Virus record (IMG/VR): IMGVR_UViG_3300031760_004705
Coordinates: 24,424-88,423 of that record
Source: a virus
Lineage: Duplodnaviria > Caudoviricetes
Reading direction: 5' to 3' (one strand)
DNA length: 64,000 nt
The translations under genes and the position numbers were made by a program. Every line of letters begins with the position of its first letter. Within the stretch, counting starts at the first letter, position 1. Positions 10,384 through 21,074 of the stretch are shown in pieces. Below the pieces are notes generated by a model that was not told where the DNA came from, ran no database searches, and saw nothing but the letters and a program-made list of their open reading frames with translations.

Positions 10384-13020
10384 CTATGCAGGAACACTAG
10401 TTGTTGCAGATGTTCCAGTAAATGTCGAAGTATAAGTCTTAGGTACTGCAATATTACCAGTAACAAGTCGTACTGCTGTACCTGTAAAGGTAGGAGCACT
10501 AACACTACCAGCAGGTGTATAACTGCCAGTAGAAGTTATCGTTGCAGCTGTACCAGTAAATGCAGGTGCAGAGTTCGTTCCAGCAGGAGTATAATCTTGA
10601 AGGACAAGTCGTTTACCTGTGCCCGTAAATGTAGGCTGAGAAACTGTTCCGGCTGGAGTATATGATCCGGTTGAAGTAATGGTTGCAGCTGTACCTGTAA
10701 ATGTAGGCTGCGTAGATTGATAAGCTGCATCTCCAGTTTTAACGGTTGTATTAGATCCCTTAGTAGGTAGTGTACCAGCAGACCAACCAGAAGCAGAACC
10801 GTTAGTTGCAGTTGTAAATGACATTACTTCATTTGAAACTGAAGTTCCTGTAATAACTGTTTGATTTGTAACTGTTAAAGTAGGTAATGTTCCAACAGCA
10901 GTAATACTATTAACAGTTGTAGTTGTGCCCGCAGTTTTAACTGAAATAGTTGGGGTACTAACTGTACCAGCTGGGGTATAAGATTTACTAACTGAAATCG
11001 TTGCAGCCGTACCACTAAATGTTGGTTGTGATACTGTACCTGCAGGAGTATATGTTGCAGTACCGCTACTTGCAGGACTAACTGTTAAACCAGTAGCTTT
11101 TGTACCTGTAAATGTAGGTGCAGCAACACTACCTGCTGGAGTATATGATTTGCTAACTGAAATTGTAGCGGCCGTACCTGTAAATGTTGGTGCACTATTC
11201 GTACCCGCAGGGGTATATGTGGTAGTTCCACTAGAGGCCGCACTAACTGTAGCAGTTTTATTTTCAGTTGTAGCAGTACTAGTTGCAACCGTACCAGTTG
11301 CAGTTACAGTATGCTTATGATTTCCCTTAGCAGCAGTAGATGCCGTATTTCCAAGAGCAAGAGAAGCACTAATTTCTACATACCCAGCAGTTGATCCACC
11401 ATAACGATAAGTTTTATTTGTAGATACATCTACATAAATTTTATCTGCGGCAGCTGCAATTTCAGTAGTATGTGCAGACTCTGCATAAAATTTATTGTTA
11501 TATAAATATCCTTCTTTAATTTCATCAATTGAGCCTGGAAGGACTGATGTAGGAATTGTACCAGTTAATTTACTTGCATTTAATGAACTAGATGAAGTTA
11601 AGAATCCTGTCACTGTATGAGTATGAGTTCCTGTTGCAGTAATATGGCCCTGAGCATCATATGTTACATAAGGTACTGCTAAAGTAGAACCACTAGTTGC
11701 AGAAGATGTACCTGCGGTTCCCGCAGTTACAGCATTAGTATGTTGAATAACTGTTCCATTTAATTTAATGCCAGTATTAGCAGTATATGTTGTATTATTA
11801 TCAGGTACGGTAACTGTACCAAGACTTTCACCATTTTTATTTTTTAAAGTAATAGTATGATCTGAAATACTAAAACTAGCTGCATAAGAAGTCTTAATAT
11901 TATTACCAGATTCATCCTGAGTTGCTTTAGTCGCGGTAGATGCATTTCCATTTAAGGGACCATTAAATTGAGTAGAAGTAACTTGCGCAGGAAAACTAGC
12001 ATTTTGAGAATTATCGTAGGAATATAAATGACCCTCTTTTGCCATATTAGAAGGAGTTATCCAGCCAACGCCGCCGAATCCCATAATTCTTTGAACTGTT
12101 AAGCCATTATAATTAGTATTTCCACCATTTGCCTTAAAAATAAATCTTATACGGCCATATTGAGAACCAGCTGTATTTCCATAAGTGGCAATACCACTTG
12201 TATTAATTATATTATATCCACTTCAACCAGAGATTCCTATATCTTCTGTTTCATTTACAAAAGTTGTAGGAGTAGATTGTAGTGCTTTTTGAATTTGTAC
12301 GGTACAAGAACTACTGCCATTTGTTGAAATATAAATAACAAATTTATTTAAAACAGTATAAACAGAAGCGGCTCCTGTATCAATTGTTATTCTTAATTGA
12401 TATTTATTTGTATTTGCAGTTGCTTTATTTGTGTTATCTGCTTTTCCAATTAAAAAACTTCCGCCTGTTCCAAAAAGAGTAGCATTAACGTTTGCTCCAG
12501 CTCCATAATCAGTTCAAGTTGATCCTCCGTCACGACTATATTCAATTGTTACAGAAGAGCCTTTTATAAAAGCTAATCTATTAGCTCCTAAATTTGGAAC
12601 CATTGCTGCATCAATAGGGCCATACGATGCCGCAAAATTTTTACCTCCTCAAGTTAAATAAGCTTCTGGATAACCAGTTAAAGTATGAGTATGAGTTCCA
12701 GATTTTGTGATATGTCCTTGTGAATCATAAGTAACATAAGGAATATCTATTGTCCCATTTACACTTGAGGTAGCACTTGATGCTCCTGCTGTCGCGGCAG
12801 TAACATTATTTGAATGGTTAAAAGTTGTACCCGAAAGGCTTAAACCACTACCAGCACTATATGTAGTATTATTATCTTGTTGTGTAAAGGTAAAAGTTGT
12901 ACCATCTCGTCTAGTTGCTGTAAAGGTGGTACCATTTCTTGTAATATTAGCTATTGCACTTCCATCTTTAATATTATAGCTACTATTATTAGGAAGTGTA
13001 ATTTTTGAAATATCTGACAT
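10384..13020 (-). CDS. Long tail fibre protein (878 aa), tagged, with HxH motifs and Thr/Gly-rich YTPxGTVxxPTFTGT repeats
   Basis: ORFs 12649..13032 and 10384..12084 are in frame and joined via 3 TGA. Starts MSDISKITLPNNSSYNIKD. Contains GTHTHT and NHKHT motifs. Confidence 0.78.
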
Positions 13021-13069
13021 TAATATTATCACCCACCTTTAGTGTAATCACCTAATTTGTTTCATATAA

Positions 13070-13109
13070 AATAAAAAGGGCAACTCTGTAATTATACAAA
13101 GTTGCCCTT
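13070..13109 (-). terminator. Intrinsic terminator after CDS 13121..14758
   Basis: Stem AAGGGCAACT...AGTTGCCCTT (13076-13109), followed on the minus strand by TTTTATTTT. Confidence 0.75.
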
Positions 13110-13120
13110 GAAAGCATTTA

Positions 13121-14758
13121 TTAACTATAAGTAACAGTAGCGTCAGTATTGTTTTGAGTAAGTGTAACGTTAATTGTTCCTTCAGGAGTAAAGGTTGTAT
13201 CTCCACTAGTTGCTTTACTAACTGTAGTAGTTTTATTAGCAGTAGTTGCGGTAGAAGTAGCAACCGTACCAGCAGGAGTAAAGTTTCCACTAGCAGAAAT
13301 TGATCCATCAGTAAATGTTGAAGTATAAGTCTTAGGTACTGCGATATTTCCAGTAACAAGACGCACTCCGGTACCAGAGAATGTAGGCTGAGACACGGTA
13401 CCTTTAGGAGTACCTTTGACAGTAACAGTTGCTGAAGTGCCAGTAAAGCTGGGTGCAGTATTTGTACCAGCAGGAGTATAAGTAACCTCACCACTTGAAG
13501 CTGCACTAACAGTAGTAGTCTTATTAGTATTGGTAAGACCAATAGTACCAGCAGGTGTATAACTTCCACTCGCGGAAACTGCACCATTAGAGAATGTTGG
13601 CTGAGATACAGATCCTGCAGGGGTATAATCTTGTAAAACAAGACGCTTACCCGTACCTGTAAAGGTAGGTGCGCTCGCCGTAATAGTAACATCTGTAGTT
13701 GTAATTGAATTAGTTTTAGTTGCACCAATTTGATATAAACTCAATGTTTCACCTGAGACACTATAATAAGTAATTGCATTCGCAGGAGCAGTCGCGCCAG
13801 GTGCAGCCGCAGCTAAAGCATTGACAACATTTACTGCTGTTGGATTTTTAATAGTAGTCGCAGAACCTCCACTTGTTACTGAAATTGTAGGTGCGGTAAC
13901 AGTACCTTGTGGAGTATATGTAGCGGTTCCGCTTGATGCAGGACTAACAGTTAAACCTGTAGCTTTTGTACCCGTAAAGGTAGGCTTAGAAACTGTACCT
14001 GTTGCAGTACCAGTAACACTAACTGTTTCAGCAGTACCAGTAAAACTTGCAGAAGTAGGAACTGGAATATCTCCAGTTACTAAACGTACACCCGTACCAG
14101 TAAATGTAGGTGCGGCAACCGTACCGGCAGGCTTGAATGAACCTGAAGAAGTAAGCTCTGATCCAGTAAATGTTGGTTGAGTTACTGTTCCCGTAGGCGT
14201 ATATGTTGCCGTGCCACTTGAGGCAGGAGATACAGTAGCAGTTTTATTTTCAGTTGTAGCTGTTGTAGTAGAAACAGTACCACTTGCGGTACCACTAACT
14301 TCAACAGTACCTTCTGTTCCAGTAAAAGTAGAAGTATAAGTTGCGGGTACTGGGATATTTCCTGTCACTAAACGAACAGCCGTACCAGTAAATGTTTTAG
14401 CACTAATACTGGCTTTATCATATTTAACATTAACCGTATTCTTAGTAGCTAAACTACCATAGCTATTAAGAGCATCAAGTAAATGCCATTTTTCACCATC
14501 ATATAAGAATTCTTTAGTTGATGTATCTCCCGCAGTTGTTGGAGCAAAAATTAAATCGCCTTTAACAGGAGTATATGCACTACCATTTACTTGTATAGAA
14601 GATGTAGTAGCTCCATCTGTTAAAGCTGTAGTAGTAACACCAACTAATTTAACACCATTATCTATTGCTTCAAGAGTTTCAATTTGACCTCGAGCTCAAG
14701 AGTCTTTAATATTATAAGTATTACCATTAGGTAATGTAATCTTTGAAATATCTGCCAT
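13121..14758 (-). CDS. Thr/Gly-rich repeat fibre protein (545 aa), tagged
   Basis: Starts MADISKITLPNGNTYNIKDS(W)ARG, in frame with ORF 13121..14368. Many YTPxGTVxxPTFTG repeats. Confidence 0.78.
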
Positions 14759-14782
14759 TTAAGGAAATTCACCTTCCTCTCA

Positions 14783-15256
14783 TTAAAATTCTAATCATAA
14801 TTCTCGACTAAGGACCAGAGTTTCTCCTAATTCTGATTGAGAAGAAGGTATATTTAATCTTTCTGCTTGTTTTTGAGCAGTAGTTAAATTTGAATATTCT
14901 GTCCCTAAATAAGCATTAACTTTATTTCTAATCGCATTTGTAACAGCAGTATAATTATAAACTGGTAAATCACCAATGTATGCACTACCATCACCAACAG
15001 CAATTCCAATTTTATTTGGCTCTTGGAAAATATATACTTGTCCAAGAGTGGATGTTTTTCCAGACATAGTTGAATTATAAGTTATTAATTCAGAATCAGG
15101 AATTATGTGGAGCCGTTTTCCATTATCCATGTCAACATACATGTCACCAAGACCATCTGTGCCAGCTCGTTCAATTATAAAAATAGCACCGTCTTGCCGA
15201 GTTTCAGGTAAGGAGGTCCCTTGCGCTCCACGATAAAATTTAACTTTTCCAGCCAT
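14783..15256 (-). CDS. Hypothetical tail-associated protein (157 aa)
   Basis: ORF 14795..15256 extended through TGA (W-L-E-F) to TAA at 14783. GGAGG RBS. Confidence 0.7.
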
Positions 15257-15283
15257 GCGGCCCTCCTTTGTATATGAAGAAAC

Positions 15284-15308
15284 AGAGGGGTACTAAATGT
15301 ACCCCTCT
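15284..15308. terminator. Hairpin, probable terminator after CDS 15333..17120
   Basis: Perfect 10-bp stem AGAGGGGTAC-taaat-GTACCCCTCT, with only a weak U-tract. Confidence 0.6.
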
Positions 15309-15332
15309 ATAAAATTTTATGAACAATAGAAA

Positions 15333-17120
15333 TTAGGCTAAGCTACCCCAAGTAAGAGCAGCGTCAGTATAATCCTTAGCGGCCTGTTCTGCGGCAGCAG
15401 CTGCACCAGCAACTTCAACCTCAGTAGAATCAACTGCGGTAAGTTCACCATCAACCTGGGTTACGCCAGAGACAACAAATACACCAGCATGCTGTGCAGT
15501 ACCAGTAGCATCAAGGTCAGCATCAAGGTCAGCAAGACCGCCAGAAACAACGCTATCAGCATAAGCCTTTGCACCATAGACGGTTGCAGCATCAGCAGTA
15601 TCAGAAGCAGAACCAATTACAGCATTCTTTGCACGAGTTGCAGCACCAGCGAGATCAACATCAATGCTATCAACAGCAGTAATCTCACCATCGACCTGAG
15701 TTACACCAGTAACAACAGCAACTTTCTCAGTATCGGTTACGGTTGCATCAGTAGTAGCATCAAGATCTGCATCAAGATCTGCTACAACGCCATCAGCATA
15801 TGCTTTAGCACCATAGATAGTGTCAGCACTACCAGCATCGCCAGACTGACCAATAATAGCAATCTTAGCACGAGTAGCGGCTCCAGCCTTATCAGCAGCT
15901 GCAGAATCAACAGCGGTGATAACGCCTTCAACCTCAGTAACACCACTTACAACTGCGATAGCTTCAGTATCAGTTTCGGTAGCTGCGAGAGTAGCATCAA
16001 CATCAGCGTTAAGAGCAGCAACACCAGCACCAGTCTTCTCATCAACATAATCAACTACAGTAGTAGCAGTTGCAGTTGCAGGAATAGTTCCGATTGTATC
16101 AAGAGCAGCCTTAACAGTAGAAGCACCATAAGCAACATTCTGAGCAGTTAATGCAACTTCATCAATACCAGTGATAACGCCATCAACCTCAGTGATACCA
16201 GTTACAACACTACCAGCAGTAGCATCGAGATCAGCATCAAGAGCTTCTACAGCATTTTGAATCTTCTGGTCGACTGTTCCGCCAGTTCCAACAGCAGACT
16301 CAAGGGCATTGATAGCCTCAGCTACAGTCTGCTTAGGATTAGCACCCTCAGCAGCCTTATAAACGATCTTAGAAGCGGCAATCTCACCAACAGTAGCCTC
16401 AATCTTATGATTAGTATCTGTTAAAGTGATTTCATTGTTGCTCTGTACTGAATTGTACTCAATAAGATCTGCTACATTGATGTAGAATGGAGTACCATTA
16501 GCAATAGTCATCTTGATAAAAGTACCAGAATTTCCGCTACCATCTTGATCAACTAATTCACCATTAGTAGCAACAAGATCTTTACTGATCTCAATCTCAC
16601 CATTAGTAATAGGAGTTCCGCCTTGACTAAAGGTGTACTTAGAAACAAAACTATCGTTTGCTCCACCGACTGTCTTAGTAACAGTAACAGCACCAGCTTC
16701 TCCACCACTTTCAATCTTAGAAACTAATTCAGCAAGAGCGGCTTCAACATTAGTAGCATCAAGCTTACCAGCAGTATCCGCAACGCTTACATCTGCGGCA
16801 GCTCCACTCTTAGCAACGGCCGCAAGGCTATTGTCAAGAGTAGTAACAGCGTTCATAACAGTTTCGTCACCTGCGGCAATGCTCTTATCAATGTAATCAA
16901 TAAGATCAGTGTAATCGCCAGAAACAGGTAAAGTGCCAATGTAAGACTCGAGAGTAGCAAGGTCCGCAGCTACATTTGCAGCGCCACCATCATAGAGGGT
17001 AGAGCCTTTGTAGATCTGACGAGGATTGCCGATAAAGTAAATAGTATTACTATCAAACGCGGCAATTTGCTCTGGAGTTGCACTAGCAGCATATACAAAT
17101 TTAACTAAATTAGCAGCCAT
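15333..17120 (-). CDS. Acidic Ala/Val/Asp-rich virion protein with four internal repeats (595 aa), possible head/tail fibre or decoration protein
   Basis: Repeats L(D/N)AD(L/V)DAT..VV(S/T)G(V/I)T(Q/E)V(D/E)G. Codon usage resembles the capsid gene. No TGA. Confidence 0.7.
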   Translation of the reverse strand: MAANLVKFVYAASATPEQIAAFDSNTIYFIGNPRQIYKGSTLYDGGAANVAADLATLESYIGTLPVSGDYTDLIDYIDKSIAAGDETVMNAVTTLDNSLAAVAKSGAAADVSVADTAGKLDATNVEAALAELVSKIESGGEAGAVTVTKTVGGANDSFVSKYTFSQGGTPITNGEIEISKDLVATNGELVDQDGSGNSGTFIKMTIANGTPFYINVADLIEYNSVQSNNEITLTDTNHKIEATVGEIAASKIVYKAAEGANPKQTVAEAINALESAVGTGGTVDQKIQNAVEALDADLDATAGSVVTGITEVDGVITGIDEVALTAQNVAYGASTVKAALDTIGTIPATATATTVVDYVDEKTGAGVAALNADVDATLAATETDTEAIAVVSGVTEVEGVITAVDSAAADKAGAATRAKIAIIGQSGDAGSADTIYGAKAYADGVVADLDADLDATTDATVTDTEKVAVVTGVTQVDGEITAVDSIDVDLAGAATRAKNAVIGSASDTADAATVYGAKAYADSVVSGGLADLDADLDATGTAQHAGVFVVSGVTQVDGELTAVDSTEVEVAGAAAAAEQAAKDYTDAALTWGSLA

Positions 17121-17144
17121 TACATCTTCCTTTCGTCGTAAGTG

Positions 17145-17573
17145 CTAAATACCCTCTCAGGTATTAGCGTTTGCAATTAGATTATATGTATTCAATTGAG
17201 GTTTTCAATTGTAAATACCATTATCAGTATAATAAAGTATTCCTTCTTCTCCAAGAGTAGGAAATACTTCTTTTGTTTCTCCATAAACAATAGGAGAAGC
17301 ATTTGTAGGAGTAACTTGACGCCATATACGATTTGCAGTTAAGCGTCAAATAATATTAGTTTCATCTACATAATAAAACCCAGGTGCGGCAAATGCTGCA
17401 TTTAAACGATCCGCATCTGTTTCAAATGTTCTAATGGTTTTATATGTAAAACGTTGACTCTTCATATCAAGAGCTATGATATTATCATCAGGACAAAAAA
17501 TAATCTGTCCATCAACAATATCTAAAGCATCTATTCTTTTAGAAGTAGTGTAAACTAATTTCATTTGTGCCAT
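17145..17573 (-). CDS. Hypothetical tail-associated protein (142 aa)
   Basis: ORF 17346..17573 read through TGA codons to TAG at 17145. Confidence 0.68.
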
Positions 17574-17576
17574 ATT

Positions 17577-18638
17577 CTATTCACCATCCCCTGAATAATC
17601 TACAAACTGCATAGCTGCTCAAAGTTCATCATGTTCTCCCTGAGCTTCTTCTACAGCAACTCTTAGTTTTTCATCTACTTCTCCAAGAGTGGCATACTCT
17701 TGAATTTGGTCTTGTGTTACATATCCAGCCAATTGCTGAATTGTAGCATAGTTAGCTATTTGATCTTGTGTAACGTAATTAGCCAATTCTTGTTCAATTA
17801 ATTCAAGAACTTCATCTTCATCAAGGCCGCAATCACATTTAATATCACCAATTTTTTCTGCGACTTCTCTAACCGCGGCAGCTACGTCTGCAACGTTTTC
17901 CGCAATGTTATCGGTACGATTAATTGCATCATCGACTGCATCTCGAAGTTCTTGTATTGCTTCTTCATTAGCTTGTTCTTTCTCTTGGATTTCATGAGCT
18001 AAGGTTGTAAAATCCTCAATTGTCTCAAGAGCTTCTGTTGCTACTCCTAAAGCATTTTCAGAAATTTGTTTTGCTTCTTCGGCAATATCTTTAGCTTCAT
18101 CCGCTACTTGACGAACATCTTCAAATGCAAGTTGCATATCTTCAAATTCATTACGCTGTGCTTGCATTTGAGCTTTAACTTGATCTTCTAATGTAGTTAA
18201 ACTAATAACAGCTTTTTGGAACTCAGAAAAATCATCTGTTTCTTCAAAGTCAGAACCGTCATTAGGATCAATTAATACGTGAATTGTAAAGTTTACTGAA
18301 GTTGAAATACTTACTTCATCAACAATCTGAATACAAGCTAAAACATTACCTTCATATAGCATTGATTTAGGATATTTAATTTCTCAAGTAGGAGGAAAAT
18401 CTTCATCATCTTCATCCGTTATTTCTGTAAAAACATTATATCCTTTAATGTTTTTCTCTTGATGATACCAAGAGAGATAAACTTTTGTATTAGGAGTAAA
18501 ACGTGCGGCAGCTTCTTGTGTAAAAATAATACGCAAAGCACGCCCCGCAGCTTCACCGGCGCCAACTACTACAGGGTCTGTAATATCCTGGCTTAGTGTT
18601 TTCATGTTAATAACTGTTGCTTTTAACTCGTTAGCCAC
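17577..18638 (-). CDS. BppU-like baseplate upper protein with coiled coil (353 aa)
   Basis: ORFs 18384..18638 and 17619..18362 are in frame through TGA. N-terminal GEAAGRALRIIF / W-EIKYP / STSVNFTIHV resembles the BppU N-terminal domain, followed by an acidic coiled coil. Confidence 0.55.
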
Positions 18639-18655
18639 TTTGAATATCCTCCCCT

Positions 18656-19195
18656 CTATTGGTCATTAGTTAGCGACGATTTTTCATAATAACTGACCCG
18701 CGGTAACTCTCTAACCTCTTCCATTAAATGATCTATAAAAGTATCACCGCCTGCAGTCTTGTAATATAAATAGCGTCTCTCTATTGATTGTAAAGACAAA
18801 TCATCAATTTTCTTAAATTCGTAACAGAACTTATGATGGGCATCTAATAAATCACTTCTTGAGTTCTCTTGGAGACGCTCTTGTACAAGAGCTAAAGACC
18901 GATCTAGCTGTATCTGATGTTCATGTGTCTGTTCGTTTTGTATTTTAAGTTCATCAACTTTGCCTGCAAGATTATCTATATGGTTGTCAAGATTAGTTGT
19001 TAAATCATCTATTTTTTTATCTAGATTATTTCAACGTTCTTGTTGTTTATATTTTTTTCCTACATGAACATCAATTTTTTCTAATCAATATTCTGCAAGA
19101 GATCAAATAGCTTTACCTACAGCCAATAACCCTACAATCAATAATAATAATTCTGATAGAGGGTAGGATGATAATAAATTATTTAATTCATTCAC
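18656..19195 (-). CDS. Membrane-anchored coiled-coil protein (179 aa, holin-like), absent from the standard-code track
   Basis: GTG start. N-terminal hydrophobic helix LLLLIVGLLAVGKAI(W), coiled coil, C-terminal ERRYLYYKTAGGDTFID. Confidence 0.6.
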
Positions 19196-19258
19196 ATCCT
19201 ACTCCTTTCTGTCATTTATAAATATTGTTTATTTAATTATTATTATATGTTTTTGCCC

Positions 19259-19441
19259 TTATGCTATCCGGACTCAACTAGTATAAGTTGTAGTTCCAAC
19301 AGTAAGAGTTTCAGATTTCTGAATTCAAGTTCCTCCAAGTACAACTCCTGGAGTGTTTGCTGTATCACTTAAACAATAATAAAGAGACCCTACTGGTCAA
19401 AGAATATCTAAAATATTAACTCATATTTTTGGTGTAACCAT
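19259..19441 (-). CDS. Small protein (60 aa, all 4 Trp = TGA) with PVGSxY...GGTW motif
   Basis: MVTPKIWVNILDILWPVGSLYYCLSDTANTPGVVLGGTWIQ...SWVRIA*. GGAGG RBS. Confidence 0.7.
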
Positions 19442-19456
19442 TTAAGCCTCCTGTTC

Positions 19457-19633
19457 TTATTCTGTTGGACTTAATCTATGTCATACTTGAAAAGTTTCTC
19501 CATCTTTAACAATGGTTCCAGAATTAGCTCATTCTCCTCCAAATAAATCTTTTGGCTCGAATCCTCATTTTTCAGAGGAAAAATAAACAGATCCAACCGG
19601 TCTAATAAGGTCTACTAAACTTGCAAAATTCAT
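19457..19633 (-). CDS. Small protein (58 aa, all 3 Trp = TGA), paralog of 19259..19441
   Basis: MNFASLVDLIRPVGSVYFSSEKWGFEPKDLFGGEW...VWHRLSPTE*. AAGGAGG RBS. Confidence 0.7.
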
Positions 19634-19643
19634 TTAGACCTCC

Positions 19644-20714
19644 TTAGATTTGAACTCAAATACCACAATGTTCATAGTCTCATTCATTTAAATCATTAGA
19701 ATTTAAATTTGAGGATGTATATAAATCACCTATGTTTTCATTATAAGAAGGAGGTACATCATCAATTCAAACACCTAATAATTTAGTATTAAGCTTATTA
19801 CCAGAAATAGAATTTTCTTTAAGCTTCTTATCTAATTCTAATTCATTAGCCATATGATCTACAGTAACCTTTGCTCAACCAGGATTTTGCTTTGAGTCAG
19901 TAAGTCATGCTTCTGAAGTATGATCAATACCTGCGGCAACTATACCTGCATTATTTATAGTATTAGTGCTTACTGCATCGTTTACTGCTGTATTAAAATT
20001 TGTGATTTGAGTAACTGGAATATTTTCGATATTTTCAGCAGGAAGTTTAAATTTTTTTCCTGAATTTGGATTATTTGGATCATTAAGAGTTGTTAAATCT
20101 AAATTATCTAATATAATTGTATGATCTTCAATATCTCCAGTTTCTATTTTTCCTAGAGATAATTTTATTTCTGTTCCATTATTAGCGACTTCTTTAAAAG
20201 ATAATTTTCCTTGAGGCCTTATTGTTACAGTATCATTTCCAACTTTAAATTGAGCATTAGAAGTAACAATTTCTTGATCGTTTTCTTTAATTTTTTCAAG
20301 ATCAACAGTGAAAGCTATTTCTGCTCATTCACCTCTATCATTTAAAAAATGCTGTCCATCTGCATTATTTGCAGGAAGTTTAGCACCTTCACTAATACTA
20401 CCATTTTCATTAGTGATTGCAATATGATTTCCTTCTGGCTCTATAATTGAAACATTTTTTTGAGTTTCAGTTTTATTGGGATCTTCAGCAGTTGGAGAAG
20501 TTACATTACTTATTTGAGTTACTGGAACAGTACCTGTTAATTTATCAGCTGGGATTTCTCAATTACTTGAAGGTGTAATCACAACTGTTTCTTTAGTACG
20601 ATTATTATTTTCATCAAAATTAGCTGAAACATCAGCAGATCAAATATCTAATCAACTATCAAGATTTTGTGGATTGCGAACTTTATGAGTTAATGTCGCG
20701 GTTTTATTTGCCAT
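19644..20714 (-). CDS. Hypothetical tail/baseplate protein (356 aa), absent from the standard-code track
   Basis: Continuous table-4 ORF MANKTATLTHKVRNPQNLDS(W)...GI(W)VQI* with AAGGAGGT RBS. Confidence 0.68.
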
Positions 20715-20726
20715 TTAGTTACCTCC

Positions 20727-21062
20727 TTAGTCCGCGTTTTGTTCTTCATAACTTACATTTATAGTTAAATAAGGATCACTGTATATTTTTTTTGAAGAAA
20801 AATAAACAGTAATTTTTTCTAAAGTTAAATTTGAAAATTCTAAAACATCTTTTTCTGTTAAAACATAATATTCTGAACTGTCATTTATATTAAAAATACC
20901 AGGATATGTAACTTTATTATTAGCATCAACTTCATATTCAGAAATAGGAATAGAATGTGGATATTCTATTCCTATTTGAAGATACCTTAATTTTATTGGA
21001 CCAGATGGTTCAAAAACTGTTGTATTGCTTTCAAATGGTCCTCGTTTTTGTACAAAAATCAT
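20727..21062 (-). CDS. Hypothetical structural protein (about 111 aa)
   Basis: ORF track 20727..21071. Start placed at the ATG downstream of the RBS. Confidence 0.65.
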   Translation of the reverse strand: MIFVQKRGPFESNTTVFEPSGPIKLRYLQIGIEYPHSIPISEYEVDANNKVTYPGIFNINDSSEYYVLTEKDVLEFSNLTLEKITVYFSSKKIYSDPYLTINVSYEEQNAD

Positions 21063-21074
21063 AGTAATCACTTC

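Noticed and set aside
10536-13728. Alternative-frame minus-strand ORFs 10536..10730, 11085..11288 and 13048..13728
   Set aside because: Leu/Gln-rich off-frame readings of the Thr/Gly repeat genes.
2882-14758. Diversity-generating retroelement or invertase shufflon acting on the fibre array
   Set aside because: No reverse transcriptase or recombinase in the window, all genes are co-oriented, and repeat differences are not adenine-specific as far as I could see. A DGR elsewhere in the genome is not excluded.
17141-17175. Hairpin/terminator upstream of 15333..17120
   Set aside because: In table 4 this stretch is the coding 3' end of 17145..17573, and the stem is imperfect.
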